A stretch of 64,000 nucleotides of DNA from the NCBI GenBank assembly GCA_963729625.1, contig CAVSOU010000010.1, positions 992,001-1,056,000 of the forward strand, given 5' to 3'. Position numbers and translations under genes: made by a program. Below, one piece after another: positions 18,798 through 28,937 of this stretch. The notes under the pieces were generated by a model, which worked only from the letters and a program-made list of their open reading frames with translations, was not told where the DNA came from and made no database searches. How positions within the stretch are numbered: position 1 is the first letter of the stretch; each line of letters opens with the position of its first letter. The DNA is from an uncultured bacterium (GTDB lineage: Bacteria > Chloroflexota > UBA5177 > JANWHV01).

Positions 18798-19036
18798 GTA
18801 ACAGACACCGTGCTGCAGCTGCACCGACCGCCATGCCAAGCCTGAAAGGCTGATGCACGAAGTCGGGCGCCCACAAGTGGGTCAAACGCCCACGGGGCAG
18901 ATGGGACCGCGCCGGACTTGACTGGACCAGATGCCGCGCTCAGCGGCATCCTGGGTCACCTATCTTCTCCTCGCCGGACCGCTCTTGGATGGTGCGAGCC
19001 GAGTCGCCGAGCTGCAGCACTCTGGTCTGGGGTTAC
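18798..19036 (-). other. Candidate structured 5' leader / cis-regulatory RNA
   Basis: An 11-bp inverted repeat (GTGCTGCAGCT 18810-18820, AGCTGCAGCAC 19010-19020) encloses several hairpins; a minus-strand TGcTATTAT lies at 19072-19080. Confidence 0.35.
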
Positions 19037-19341
19037 AAGTTTATTTGAGCTACTTCACAGAATACATCGCAATAATAGCACATATTTCGGATAATAGATA
19101 GAGCTGTTTCATGATATACTCAATGTTGGGCGGACTGGATGCTGCGACCTTGTGTCGCGTGCAAGCGTTCCCGCCATACGGGAAGGCGCACGACTCAGGC
19201 GCGGCCGGCAGTGCGCAGGGTGCTGGAGGATCCGTGCCGCCACGTCTCGCGATCGCGAATGAAGGCGCAGTGCCATCTGTCCTTGGGCGGGCTTGAATGA
19301 ACGACCGTGAGTTGGCCTTACTGTAGTGGAGGAGCGATGCG

Positions 19342-19632
19342 ATGTCCACAGGCCGAAGAACCCTGTCACAGCATGAAATCGAGCTTCTTGTCCGCGACAT
19401 CCTGGCAAATGACCTGACTACACTCGACAAAGTTCGTACGCTCGCCGTGCTACGGCAGAAAGGGTACGACGATCCTGGCACCGAGTTGGGCCGCATCGAG
19501 TCGGAATTTCGTACTCCGCACAATCTGTTGATCGCCGGCCGGAATGCCAGTGGGGCACTGGATCGGCAGATCGAGGCTGCGGACCTCCGGGTGACTGTGG
19601 AGCTCTCGGAGATGCGATTACGTCGCCAATGA
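19342..19632 (+). CDS. Small hypothetical protein upstream of the ECF sigma factor
   Basis: GGAGGAG SD; 96 aa with protein-like helical composition; 10 bp from the next gene. Confidence 0.6.
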   Translation: MSTGRRTLSQHEIELLVRDILANDLTTLDKVRTLAVLRQKGYDDPGTELGRIESEFRTPHNLLIAGRNASGALDRQIEAADLRVTVELSEMRLRRQ

Positions 19633-19642
19633 GGAGGATAGG

Positions 19643-20413
19643 ATGAACACACTGACACGGGACCGATCGCTGTGCACGTGCTCGCGCGTGGCCAGTGCCG
19701 GCGAATGCGATATCGCTTCTGCACGTGTGAAGCCCGAGAGCGGATCATCCGATATGTGGTCGTCTATCCACCACGCCGCCACCCTCCTGTCGCTCGACGA
19801 CGCCGATCTGGTCGATCGCGCAGTAGGAACACACGCGGGTCCCCCAGATGCGGAAGCGTTTGGCGTGCTCTACGAGCGCTACGTGCAGGCTATCTTCGCC
19901 TTTGGATTGAGCAGGCTGCACAATGTCGCCCAAGCCGAGGACATCACCTCGCAGACGTTCTTGCAAGCGCTCCAGGCGCTGCCGCGCTATCAGCAGCGGG
20001 GCATCCCGCTCCGGCACTGGCTATTCACTATTGCCGCCAACGTGATCGGCGGCCTGTATCGAGCCTCTGCTCCCGGCATATATGCGCGGCTTGGGTCTCG
20101 AGAAGAGAATGGGCGGGCTGTGCAAGGCGCGGAGCCTGAACTCAACCTGCCCGACCCGCACGCCGAAGCGGATATCGATGCCTGCGTCGGGGCGGAAGAG
20201 TTCAAGCGCCTAGTACAGATCCTGCCGCGGGAGCAGGGGACGGTCATCCGTCTGCGCTTCGCCGACGGGCTGGCGATCGCGGCGATTGCAATGCGCACGG
20301 GACGCACAGCGGGAGCAGTCAAGGCGTTGCAGTTTCGCGGCGTGCAGGCGCTGCGGCGCCGGTTGGAGCAAGAGACCTGCGTGGCTCGCTCGCTCACAAT
20401 CGGCGCCCGTTAG
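19643..20413 (+). CDS. ECF-type sigma-70 factor
   Basis: Region 2 AFGVLYERY...AEDITSQTFLQA...WLFTIAAN; region 4 LPREQGTVIRLRFADGL...GRTAGAVKALQFRG; GAGGAGG SD. Confidence 0.9.
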   Translation: MNTLTRDRSLCTCSRVASAGECDIASARVKPESGSSDMWSSIHHAATLLSLDDADLVDRAVGTHAGPPDAEAFGVLYERYVQAIFAFGLSRLHNVAQAEDITSQTFLQALQALPRYQQRGIPLRHWLFTIAANVIGGLYRASAPGIYARLGSREENGRAVQGAEPELNLPDPHAEADIDACVGAEEFKRLVQILPREQGTVIRLRFADGLAIAAIAMRTGRTAGAVKALQFRGVQALRRRLEQETCVARSLTIGAR

Positions 20414-20446
20414 CCCTGGGAACGGCCATTCTCCGCGCTCTTGGTC

Positions 20447-21610
20447 CTAGCCGGCCGGTACCGGGTCAAGCGACCATTCAATGGTGTCGGCCACGGGCCC
20501 CATCGTGGTTAGTCCGCGTCGGTCCCCCCCGATGAGCAGAACGTGGTACTCATCGACTGCCACAGCTGCGAAGGCGGCCCACGGGTCGGGTAGCGATCCG
20601 GCCGAGAGCCAGGTTCTGCCATCGAAGAGAAGACACTGCATGGTCGGCTCACCGAGCACGGAATGCCCGCTGACCAGGAGCGCGCGGCCGCCCCCCACTG
20701 CGACCAGAGTACCACCTCGGTGATCTTGACCGGTGCTGCTGGTAGTCGTCCAGGTATCGGAGGTTGCAGTATAGAGCAAGGGCCGAGGTTCCGGGGAGCC
20801 GGGGCTGTCCGCCGTCGGACGCGCGCCGGCGAATAGCACGCGGTTTGCGTCCAGTACCACCGCCTGTGCTCCGTCCGACGTGAACGGCGGTTGTGCCAGG
20901 GTCACCCACTTGAGTGTAGTCGTCAGCAAGCATGCGCGCCGCACGGTGCGAGGCTGCGAGTGTTCGTCGATGACCACCGTGATCATCATCATCATGCCTC
21001 GACCCGGCAACATGACAGTTGAGTAGCTGGCGACATTGGATACGGGAGCTCCAATCGGTGTCCACCGCCGGTTGTAGAGGTCGAAGACTGCTCCCACGAA
21101 ACCACCTAAGCCCCCGACGGCGATGATCCGCGTCGCGTCCAGCCTGTACAGGACCGGCCTGAGCAGCGGCACCGGTACGCTTGGAAGCGTCATCCAGGTG
21201 CGGCCGGTCACGTCCAGCAGCAGCGCTTTGCTTGGCGCTGCGAGCGCACCACTGGCGAAAGACGGCGCGACAACCATGACCATCTCAGGCGTCAGGGCCA
21301 GTGCGGCAGGAGTGCCAATGTCGACCGGTGCATCCGGATATCGCGTCCAGCTCGCCGCTCCGGGCAAGAGAAGCGCTGCCAGACGGATATTCGATGTTTC
21401 GCCGCCCAGGACCACAACCGAGCCACCCCCCAGTGGAGCAGCCGTCAGCCAGTCGGCGGCGGTAGGCAAAGACGCACCGGCACGCCAGGCGCTGGTACCG
21501 ACGGCGGCACCGGACGCGGCGTGCGACGGGAGCCCTGGCAACAGCAGCACGAGGCCCGCTAGCGCAGCCACATACCATCGAAGAAACAAACGCGACATCG
21601 CAGCAGACAC
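20447..21610 (-). CDS. Secreted kelch-repeat beta-propeller protein
   Basis: Signal peptide ending in SHA; repeated VVVLGG, IIAVGG, VLFAG and VLLIGG blades, each followed by Y/F-D...W. Confidence 0.75.
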   Translation of the reverse strand: MSAAMSRLFLRWYVAALAGLVLLLPGLPSHAASGAAVGTSAWRAGASLPTAADWLTAAPLGGGSVVVLGGETSNIRLAALLLPGAASWTRYPDAPVDIGTPAALALTPEMVMVVAPSFASGALAAPSKALLLDVTGRTWMTLPSVPVPLLRPVLYRLDATRIIAVGGLGGFVGAVFDLYNRRWTPIGAPVSNVASYSTVMLPGRGMMMMITVVIDEHSQPRTVRRACLLTTTLKWVTLAQPPFTSDGAQAVVLDANRVLFAGARPTADSPGSPEPRPLLYTATSDTWTTTSSTGQDHRGGTLVAVGGGRALLVSGHSVLGEPTMQCLLFDGRTWLSAGSLPDPWAAFAAVAVDEYHVLLIGGDRRGLTTMGPVADTIEWSLDPVPAG

Positions 21611-22413
21611 GACACCACAGTCCCCTCGCTGGGCGAAAGAGACGACAACCAGCGCCAGACTCGGGCCGGCGCGCGGTGCGCTTCAAGCATGGCCAGCGAA
21701 GCTCAGCCCGCTATCCAGTATGGGCGCTGCCCCCACCGATGTCAAGCATAAGTACAATTTAATATCATTATCTGGATCCACAGGCGCATATTGACGTTAA
21801 CTACCTAATAGTATTTGCGCCATCCACGAACACGCTTGATCGCGGGCGCGCTATCGGCAGGCTATGGACGACCAGCAGCGCGCTCCGAAGTGGGCTGGCG
21901 GCAGTCGAGGATCGGCACGCCATCCTGGTCAGTGCCTTGAGCCGGCGGCGACGGGAGATCGACGAGCAGATCCGCATCGTCCGTCATGGCCAGGAGCTCC
22001 TGTGGCTATAGCCGTACCCAGAAGCGGGCGAACACGGCCATGCCATTGGTGGAGGCGGTCAGATAGAGCTAGCGATGGATACGGCTACGAACTTGGGCGA
22101 GCCTATACGCGGCGGCGCACACAGCCTGATCCGGCTGGTCGTCCAGTAATGCGCCGACTTCTTCGCCGTCACGTTGCAAGCGCGATAGCTTGCCGCTGTC
22201 CGGACAAGTGTGACAGCAGTTTATGTGATGATATTAACAACGATTGGACATCTATCTAGAATATCACTCCAAATAGGGAGAGCAAATTATGTATATCGTT
22301 GACACCAACATCGTTGGGGCGCATACTGCATTCAAGTGGCCGGATCGCAAGTATGCGTGTTCTCATCATGCCGCTGGCGGCTCGGTGTGCCGCCGCGAGA
22401 GGGGAGTGCCCAC

Positions 22414-22761
22414 GTGCCCATCCAACTCGAGACACAGCGAGGCGAAGCACAGTATCAGCCGGGCCGCTCGATTGATGCCTTGGTCCTCAATGGCTCGGAT
22501 CCGACGGCAACATGGCGGCTGCACATGCAGAATCAGACAATGGCCCGGCAGGCAGCTGAGCAGCGTTATGCGAGGCAAGCCCGTTCGGTAGAATTCGACG
22601 GTCCGCAGTCGAAAGAGGATGCGCGACGGCGCGCTGCGGGACTGCGCGCGGAAATGGCACGGATCAGTGCCGAGCATAGGGCATGGCTGCGGGAGCACCA
22701 GTCGGATGTCATCGATCGCCCGCGACGTACGCGTATCACGCTTACGGCAGCGCACCAATAG
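22414..22761 (+). CDS. Hypothetical protein, ~115 aa
   Basis: AGGGGAG SD then GTG 22414; charged helical composition; preceded by an AT-rich promoter-like region. Confidence 0.4.
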   Translation: MPIQLETQRGEAQYQPGRSIDALVLNGSDPTATWRLHMQNQTMARQAAEQRYARQARSVEFDGPQSKEDARRRAAGLRAEMARISAEHRAWLREHQSDVIDRPRRTRITLTAAHQ

Positions 22762-23099
22762 CCCGCGAATCTGGTTCGCATGCTGTGCTGTTGGAGACGT
22801 GGACTTCCGGGCATGCGGTGATGGCCGCGTGTCCGGCGGCAAAGGTGAGGATGAATCCTGACGATCATGCCCCATTGCGTCGCTTCGGACAGGCTACTCC
22901 TGGCCGGCCGGGGACGGCAATACGGATAGCCTCCTCGCTCCCGGCCATCGGCCCGAGCACGCGTAGCAAGCAAACACGCGATCAAGTTGAATTCCGGTAG
23001 AATCTGATTCTTGGCGCCGGGGCCACGGCATCGTGGGGTGCCGACCACTCCAAGTGCGCGGTAAGTCCGGGCACATGACAAACGAGAAGGATTGAATCC

Positions 23100-24815
23100 A
23101 TGCGAAACTATCTCATCCGGCTCCTGATATTCGCGGTACTTGTTTCAGCTCCCATCTCCACGTCCGGATGGCTGTCCGCCGGCCAGGCGTCCGCGGCTCA
23201 CGCCGCGCGCCCAGTTTCCGTGGCGATGGATACTTCCACCGAAACGGCTACTGCAACCGTCACCCAGACAGCAACAGCCACGCAGACTGCCACTGCCACT
23301 ATGACCGCAAGCGCGACCGTGACTCGAACCCCCACGATCACATCGACGGTCGCAGCACCAACTGCCACGGTCACCAACACGAGTACGGCGACAGTAACCG
23401 CTGCCGCCACGGCAACCTCAACACCGGTGACGGTACCGGGCGGCACCAGCGACTATTTCGCCGAGGGATTCACGGGCTTGGCCGCCACGAATGGGCGTGC
23501 GACGTTCACTGAGGTGCTCAACATCCTCAATCCCAGCCCAAGCGTTGCCAGTGCCACCATCACCTACTACATTCAGGGCGTCGCGGCACCTGTGGTGGTC
23601 ACGCGCAGCCTCGCGCACACCTCGGTCCTGACTGAGTCAGTCAATGCGGATGTCGGCGCGGACAAGATCGTGGCGGCCGTAGTCACCTCCCCAGAGCGCA
23701 TATATGTGACGCGCACGATCAGCCGTGTCGCTCCCGGCGGCAGCCGTCTAGACAGCAGCACCACCCTGCCGGTACGTGCCCCAGCCACTTCATGGGGCTT
23801 TCCCGAAGGCTATACTGGGGCGACGTTCCAGGAATACCTGACGGTGCTTAACCCCGGAAACACGCCGGCCAACGTAACCATCTTGCTCGCTCCTCAGGCA
23901 AGCAGCGCCGCGGGGGCGCGCACCCTGGCGCTTGTTGTGCCGGCGCTGAGCCGCACCACGGCCAACATTCGCAGTCTCAACCTGGCGGGCTCCGCGAAGT
24001 CGGTAGCCATGCTGATCGGCAGTGACCAGCCGATCGTGCCGGAGCGCGTGATTTACTTCGGCGATGGCTCCGGTTCAGGAAAGTTCGGATCTACGGTGAG
24101 CAGCGGCATCGCCGCGCCCTCGACTGCGCTGCGCTTCGCCTTCGGCAGTTCCGGTGGCTCCGGGCCGACCGGCAATCAGGACTTCATTACCCTGCTGAAC
24201 CCCAACACCACCGGCAACCCGGTCGTGGTGACCGCGTCATTCTCCGATGCGTCTGGACATCCGGTCGGCAGCGCCGCGACGGTGACCGTCAGCCCGGGCA
24301 CACGGCAGACCATTGTCGCCAACAACTACCTCGGTGCGGCCGCGCTGCAGGTATTCAGCGTAGCCCTGACCGCGACCGGCCCCATAGAGGCCGAATCCGC
24401 GCAGTACTTTAGCGGATCTCCCAACATCGGCCAGCATCCGGGCGTGGCCTTTCCCGCGCAGACGGGCGCCGCGACCGACGCTTTCCTCACGGACCTCTCC
24501 ACCAGACTCGCCGACAATGGCGCCACGGTTGACCGGTCCGTGTATCTCTACAATCCCGGAAGCGCGGCCAACCAGGTCGTCGCGACCTACTTCGGCGGCA
24601 ACGGCGCCACCTCGTCCGCGAGTTACATCGTGCCGCCGGGTGGTATCCGGGTGGTCGACGCGGACCAGGATTCACAGGCAACTATTCCACCCGGCCCGTT
24701 GGCGGCCGAGTTCACGCTAGCCGTCGGCAGCAGCGGTGGCTTTATCGCCTATGCCGTCGGCCTATCGGCCGATAATCTCTCGGCCACCGAAGACGTGGGC
24801 AACCCCGCGTACTAG
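23100..24815 (+). CDS. Secreted protein with a Thr-rich linker and four DUF5719-like (YFAEGxT) repeats
   Basis: Signal peptide; TATAT linker; DYFAEGFT...ILNP, WGFPEGYT...VLNP, LRFAFG...LLNP, ...LYNP; same module as the C-terminus of 15874-18777. Confidence 0.8.
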   Translation: MRNYLIRLLIFAVLVSAPISTSGWLSAGQASAAHAARPVSVAMDTSTETATATVTQTATATQTATATMTASATVTRTPTITSTVAAPTATVTNTSTATVTAAATATSTPVTVPGGTSDYFAEGFTGLAATNGRATFTEVLNILNPSPSVASATITYYIQGVAAPVVVTRSLAHTSVLTESVNADVGADKIVAAVVTSPERIYVTRTISRVAPGGSRLDSSTTLPVRAPATSWGFPEGYTGATFQEYLTVLNPGNTPANVTILLAPQASSAAGARTLALVVPALSRTTANIRSLNLAGSAKSVAMLIGSDQPIVPERVIYFGDGSGSGKFGSTVSSGIAAPSTALRFAFGSSGGSGPTGNQDFITLLNPNTTGNPVVVTASFSDASGHPVGSAATVTVSPGTRQTIVANNYLGAAALQVFSVALTATGPIEAESAQYFSGSPNIGQHPGVAFPAQTGAATDAFLTDLSTRLADNGATVDRSVYLYNPGSAANQVVATYFGGNGATSSASYIVPPGGIRVVDADQDSQATIPPGPLAAEFTLAVGSSGGFIAYAVGLSADNLSATEDVGNPAY

Positions 24816-24825
24816 GAGGCAGATA

Positions 24826-24867
24826 TCAAGGAGCCGCCGGGCGTCCGGTTGCCCGGCGGCTCCTTGA
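24826..24867. terminator. Hairpin terminator between convergent genes
   Basis: TCAAGGAGCCGCCGGGC-8 nt-GCCCGGCGGCTCCTTGA, a perfect 17-bp stem 10 bp after the stop at 24815. Confidence 0.75.
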
Positions 24868-25031
24868 CGAAATCTGGCCACGCCCCGCCGGCACCGAGGC
24901 CAACGGGGGGGGGACCGAAGTCCACATTTGGCGACTCCCGCACGTGTGTTGCGCGCGCCTGAGGCTCCCTGGGATCTTTCCCAGGGCATCCTATCTGCGG
25001 CACGGCCTGCAGATCCCGACGCGGCTTGGCT

Positions 25032-26660
25032 CTAGATCTGCTCCGGTATCATGATGATGGCACCGCACGGACACTCCTGCATACACATGCCGCATCCTTT
25101 GCAGAAATCGAGATTGAAGGCAAATCGCTGGCCCTGGCCCAGCTTGATCACCGCGTTGTCCGGGCAACATCCGAAGCAGTTATCGCATTCGAAGCAGTTG
25201 CCGCAAGAGAGGCAGCGGCGGGCTTCGTAGAGGGCATTCGATTCGTCCAGTCCGCCCGTAACTTCCTCGAATGTCGTGTGCCGGCGTATCATGTCCAGTT
25301 CCGGCTGCACTGTCTTTGGAGCGTCGGTGTAGTACCACGTGTTCAGCTTGTCAAACGACGCGAGCTCGGCTTTGTCCGGTGCCTCATAGGTCGCACCGTG
25401 TAGATACGCGTCGATGCAGCGGGCGGCATGTTTGCCGTGGCCCACGCTTACCGTGATCGTACGCTCTCCGGGAACCATGTCGCCACCTGCGAAGATGCCC
25501 GGGTAAGCTGTCATGAGCTGACCGTCTACTTCGACGACTCCGTCCTTCCCATACTTCACGCCGGGAATGCGCTGCACGACAGTGGAGTCGACATCCTGGC
25601 CAAGCGCCAGCACCAGGCTGTCACCCGCGATGGCCTCAAACTCTCCTGTCGGCTGGGGCCAACCGTGTTCGTCGAGCACCATCTTCTCGATGATGAGCGC
25701 GTCTTCATCCATCTGCCGTATCGTGCTCAGCCAGCGCACGGTTACACCTTCCTCGAGCGCCTCCTGCACTTCGAAGTCGTGCGCAGGCATACGATCGCGC
25801 GTGCGCCGGTACACGATCACGGCCTCGGAACCCAGGCGCTTGGCCGTGCGAGCGGCATCCAACGCCGTATTGCCGCCACCGTACACGATGACTCTGCGGC
25901 CCAGCTGGGATGGCTCGTCTTCCGACTCGACACCTCGCAGCATGGTGACGGCATCCAGGATCCGGCTGGCGTCCACCGTGGGAATGTCAATGCGCTTGGC
26001 GAGCTGGGCGCCAATCGCAATGAAGCACGCGTCATATCCGTCCACTCTCATCGCGGCCGGTATGTCCTGTACTTTGGACTCCTGGATGATCTCGACACCC
26101 AGGTCGCGAATTCGCTGGATCTCAGCGTCCAGCACCTCGCGCGGGAGGCGGTAGGCAGGGATACCATAGCGCATCATGCCGCCCGGCTCCTTCTCGGCGT
26201 CCATGATCGTCACGGAGTGCCCTAGACGGGCCAGATGGTACGCGGCCGCCAGACCGCTGGGTCCCGCCCCAATGACCAGGATCTTCTTGCCGGACGACGG
26301 CGCCGTGACGGAAACGTTCCAGCCCTCGGCAATTGCCAGATCGCCCAAGAAGCGCTCTACGGCGTGGATATTCACCGCCGTGTCGAGTTGAGCCCTGTTG
26401 CAGGCTCCCTCACAGGCGTGATAGCACGCGCGGCCCATGACGGCAGGCAACGGGTTATCCTGCATGATCTGTTCCCAGGCGCCGCGATAGTTGCCCTCTT
26501 CGGCGTGGTAAAGCCAGGCCTGGATGTTCTCGCTCGCCGGGCACACGTTGTTGCACGGAGGCAATCGATCCACGTAGAGCGGCCTGTTGGTTCGCCAGGC
26601 GCCAGTGCGATTGGCGAGGCTCGTGCCAACGTCGAGTGTGGTGGCAAAGGGCTTATTCAC
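25032..26660 (-). CDS. GltD-like FAD/NAD(P)-dependent Fe-S oxidoreductase with fused C-terminal 2[4Fe-4S] ferredoxin (PorD-like)
   Basis: PPCNNVCP, GRACYHACEGACNR, GAGPSG, GGGNTA, FAGGD; C-terminal CLSCGNCFECDNCFGCCP and CKGCGMCMQECP; GTG 26660 after GGAG. Confidence 0.9.
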   Translation of the reverse strand: MNKPFATTLDVGTSLANRTGAWRTNRPLYVDRLPPCNNVCPASENIQAWLYHAEEGNYRGAWEQIMQDNPLPAVMGRACYHACEGACNRAQLDTAVNIHAVERFLGDLAIAEGWNVSVTAPSSGKKILVIGAGPSGLAAAYHLARLGHSVTIMDAEKEPGGMMRYGIPAYRLPREVLDAEIQRIRDLGVEIIQESKVQDIPAAMRVDGYDACFIAIGAQLAKRIDIPTVDASRILDAVTMLRGVESEDEPSQLGRRVIVYGGGNTALDAARTAKRLGSEAVIVYRRTRDRMPAHDFEVQEALEEGVTVRWLSTIRQMDEDALIIEKMVLDEHGWPQPTGEFEAIAGDSLVLALGQDVDSTVVQRIPGVKYGKDGVVEVDGQLMTAYPGIFAGGDMVPGERTITVSVGHGKHAARCIDAYLHGATYEAPDKAELASFDKLNTWYYTDAPKTVQPELDMIRRHTTFEEVTGGLDESNALYEARRCLSCGNCFECDNCFGCCPDNAVIKLGQGQRFAFNLDFCKGCGMCMQECPCGAIIMIPEQI

Positions 26661-27672
26661 TGGCTGTCTCCAATGTTCGCAGCAATTGGTAACGCTCGAT
26701 GTTCCGGTCCGCGATCCGCTGCAGCGCGGCAATTGTGCCTTCTGCTCGCTTTCCGCCCTTGAACAGGTGCCCGAATCGCTTCTGCGCCTCAAGATACTCA
26801 TCGACCGGCACAGCGCGCCGGATCGGAGTGCTCCCGGTCACCACGCCGTACTCGGCCTCAAAGAGCGGAAACATTCCACACTCCTGGGCCAGTCGCGCCA
26901 CCCGGATGGTGTCCTTCGGCTCGGTGCCCCAGCCAAGTGGGCACGGGACGAGAACCTGGATATAGCGGGCGCCCCGAAACTGCATGGCTCTCGTGACCTT
27001 CCGTTCCAGGTCGTGGAGGTCGGCCACGCTAGCAGTCGCCACGTACGGGATCTCGTGTGCCATGGCGATACGCGGCACATCCTTGCCGGCGTGGAAGGCG
27101 TTGCCCGGCTCGCTACCGACAGCCGGAGTCGTAGCGGTCCAGGCCGCGGGCGGAGTGGCGCTCGAGCGCTGCACGCCCGTATTCATGTAGCCCTGGTTGT
27201 CGTAGCAGATGTACAGCACATCGTCGTTGCGCTCGAACATGCCGGAGAGGCAGCCGAAACCGATGTCCGTCGTGCCGCCGTCGCCACCCTGCGCGACCAC
27301 GCGTATGTGCGTGCGCCCGCTGACGCGCAGCGCTGCCGCCACGCCGGAGGCGACGGCCGCGGCGTTGCCGAATAGCGAGTGAAGCCACGGCAACTGCCAT
27401 GAGGTCTCGGGATACGGCGTCGTGAACACTTCCAGGCAACCCGTGGCGTTGACCGCCACGAGCTGGTTGTTCGTGGCACGCATCGCGGCATCAAGGGCAT
27501 AGCGCGCGCCCAGCGCTTCGCCGCAACCCTGGCACGCGCGGTGACCGGACGTGATGGCGTTCGTACGATTCATCGAGGCTTGCACGGTCCTGATCGCCGG
27601 ATCGATGAGGCGGTTCCCGACCGTCAGCGTGCCCTTCTGGTAGAACTTGACCCGCTGGCCCGATTCACTCAT
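26653..27672 (-). CDS. porB: Pyruvate/2-oxoacid:ferredoxin oxidoreductase beta subunit (TPP-binding)
   Basis: GHRACQGCG, TGCLEV, GGDGG...YDNQGYMNTGVQRS, PCPLGW. Confidence 0.92.
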   Translation of the reverse strand: MSESGQRVKFYQKGTLTVGNRLIDPAIRTVQASMNRTNAITSGHRACQGCGEALGARYALDAAMRATNNQLVAVNATGCLEVFTTPYPETSWQLPWLHSLFGNAAAVASGVAAALRVSGRTHIRVVAQGGDGGTTDIGFGCLSGMFERNDDVLYICYDNQGYMNTGVQRSSATPPAAWTATTPAVGSEPGNAFHAGKDVPRIAMAHEIPYVATASVADLHDLERKVTRAMQFRGARYIQVLVPCPLGWGTEPKDTIRVARLAQECGMFPLFEAEYGVVTGSTPIRRAVPVDEYLEAQKRFGHLFKGGKRAEGTIAALQRIADRNIERYQLLRTLETASE

Positions 27673-28937
27673 TGCTCTGTCCTCCCTTGGCTTTGGCGGA
27701 CGCGGCGCTCAGGTCCCGCAGGATGTTCTCGGCGATAGGCCCCGACCGGCGCTTGCCGTGCATGCGAGCGATCTCGCGGTTGACAACGTCCCAATTCAGG
27801 TCAAGGAAAGTGACATCGTCGAGCTCATCCCGCTCCGCCTGCTCGAAGAGGCGCGCGAAGCGATGCTTCGGTGATCGGGCGGCCTCCCAGACCGGCTATG
27901 GTCGTGAAGACGGGGATACTGCTACCGCGAAGCGCCATACGTACGTTGGAGGCAACAGTGCCGCCCAGGCCGACCGCAAGGCTCTTTTCCACGACGACGA
28001 TGCGCCGGGCACGTGCGAGCGCCTCGCGCGTCTCCTTCAATGGAAATGGGCGGAACGTCGTGATCGCTACGGAGCCGATCGAGTGGCCTTCTTCGCGCAT
28101 GGCGTCGATGACGTCCTTAATGGTCCCGTTCACTGAGCCCATTGCCACGATCAGCATATCGGCATCCTCGGCCCGGTAGCTGTGCAGCAGGCCGCCCGAC
28201 CTGCGGTCAAACTGCGCGGCAAACTCAGCGCCTAGCTCCGGAATCACCGAAAGCGCCTCCATCTGCTTGTAGTGCGCGAGATAACGGACTTCGCTGAAGG
28301 CGTCTGGCCCGACCATTGCGCCGATCGAGACCGGGTCCGAGGGATCGAGCACCTGAGCCGGCACATACGGCGGAAGGAACGCATCAACCTCAGCCTGGCT
28401 GGGTAGATCCAGCCGCTCAAATGCGTGCGTCAAGATGAAGCCGTCCACGCAGACCATCACGGGGCAACTCAGCTGTTCGGCCAGGCGGAACGCCTGAATA
28501 TGGATATCGATTGCCTCTTGATTGTCCTCCGCGAAAAGCATGATCCAGCCGGCGTCTCGCATCGACATCGCATCGCTGTGGTCGTTCCATATGTTGATTG
28601 GCGCGCCAATGGCGCGCGTCCCCAGGGTCATCACGATAGGCAACCCGAGTCCGCTCGCGTTGTAGACGGCTTCGGCCATGAACAGCAGGCCCTGGCTCGA
28701 GGTCGCAGTATAGGAGCGCGCGCCGGTGGCAGACGATCCGATGGCCACACTGAGGGCCGCGAACTCCGACTCGACATTGATGAACTCGCAAGCGGTCAGC
28801 GTCCCGTCCTTGACGAGCTCGCTGAGGCCTTCGACGATGTGCGTCTGCGGCGTAATCGGATACGCGCATATCACCTGTGGCCTGCACATGGCGACAACCC
28901 GCGCAAGTGCACGAGAACCCTCGATCTGCTTCAACAT
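27665..28937 (-). CDS. porA: Pyruvate/2-oxoacid:ferredoxin oxidoreductase alpha subunit, with an apparent frameshift near 27851-27857
   Basis: YPITPQT, VESEF, TATSSQG, DGFILTH, AGLGGRPIT. The ORF stops at 27825, but a second frame continues LFEQAERDELDDVTFLDLNWDVV...SGPIAENILRDL to a stop at 27665 that overlaps the porB start. Confidence 0.88.

Noticed and set aside
18839-18865. Hammerhead ribozyme or c-di-AMP/c-di-GMP riboswitch in the structured leader
   Set aside because: CTGATG is not followed by A, the GAAA order is wrong, and the conserved riboswitch motifs could not be found on either strand.
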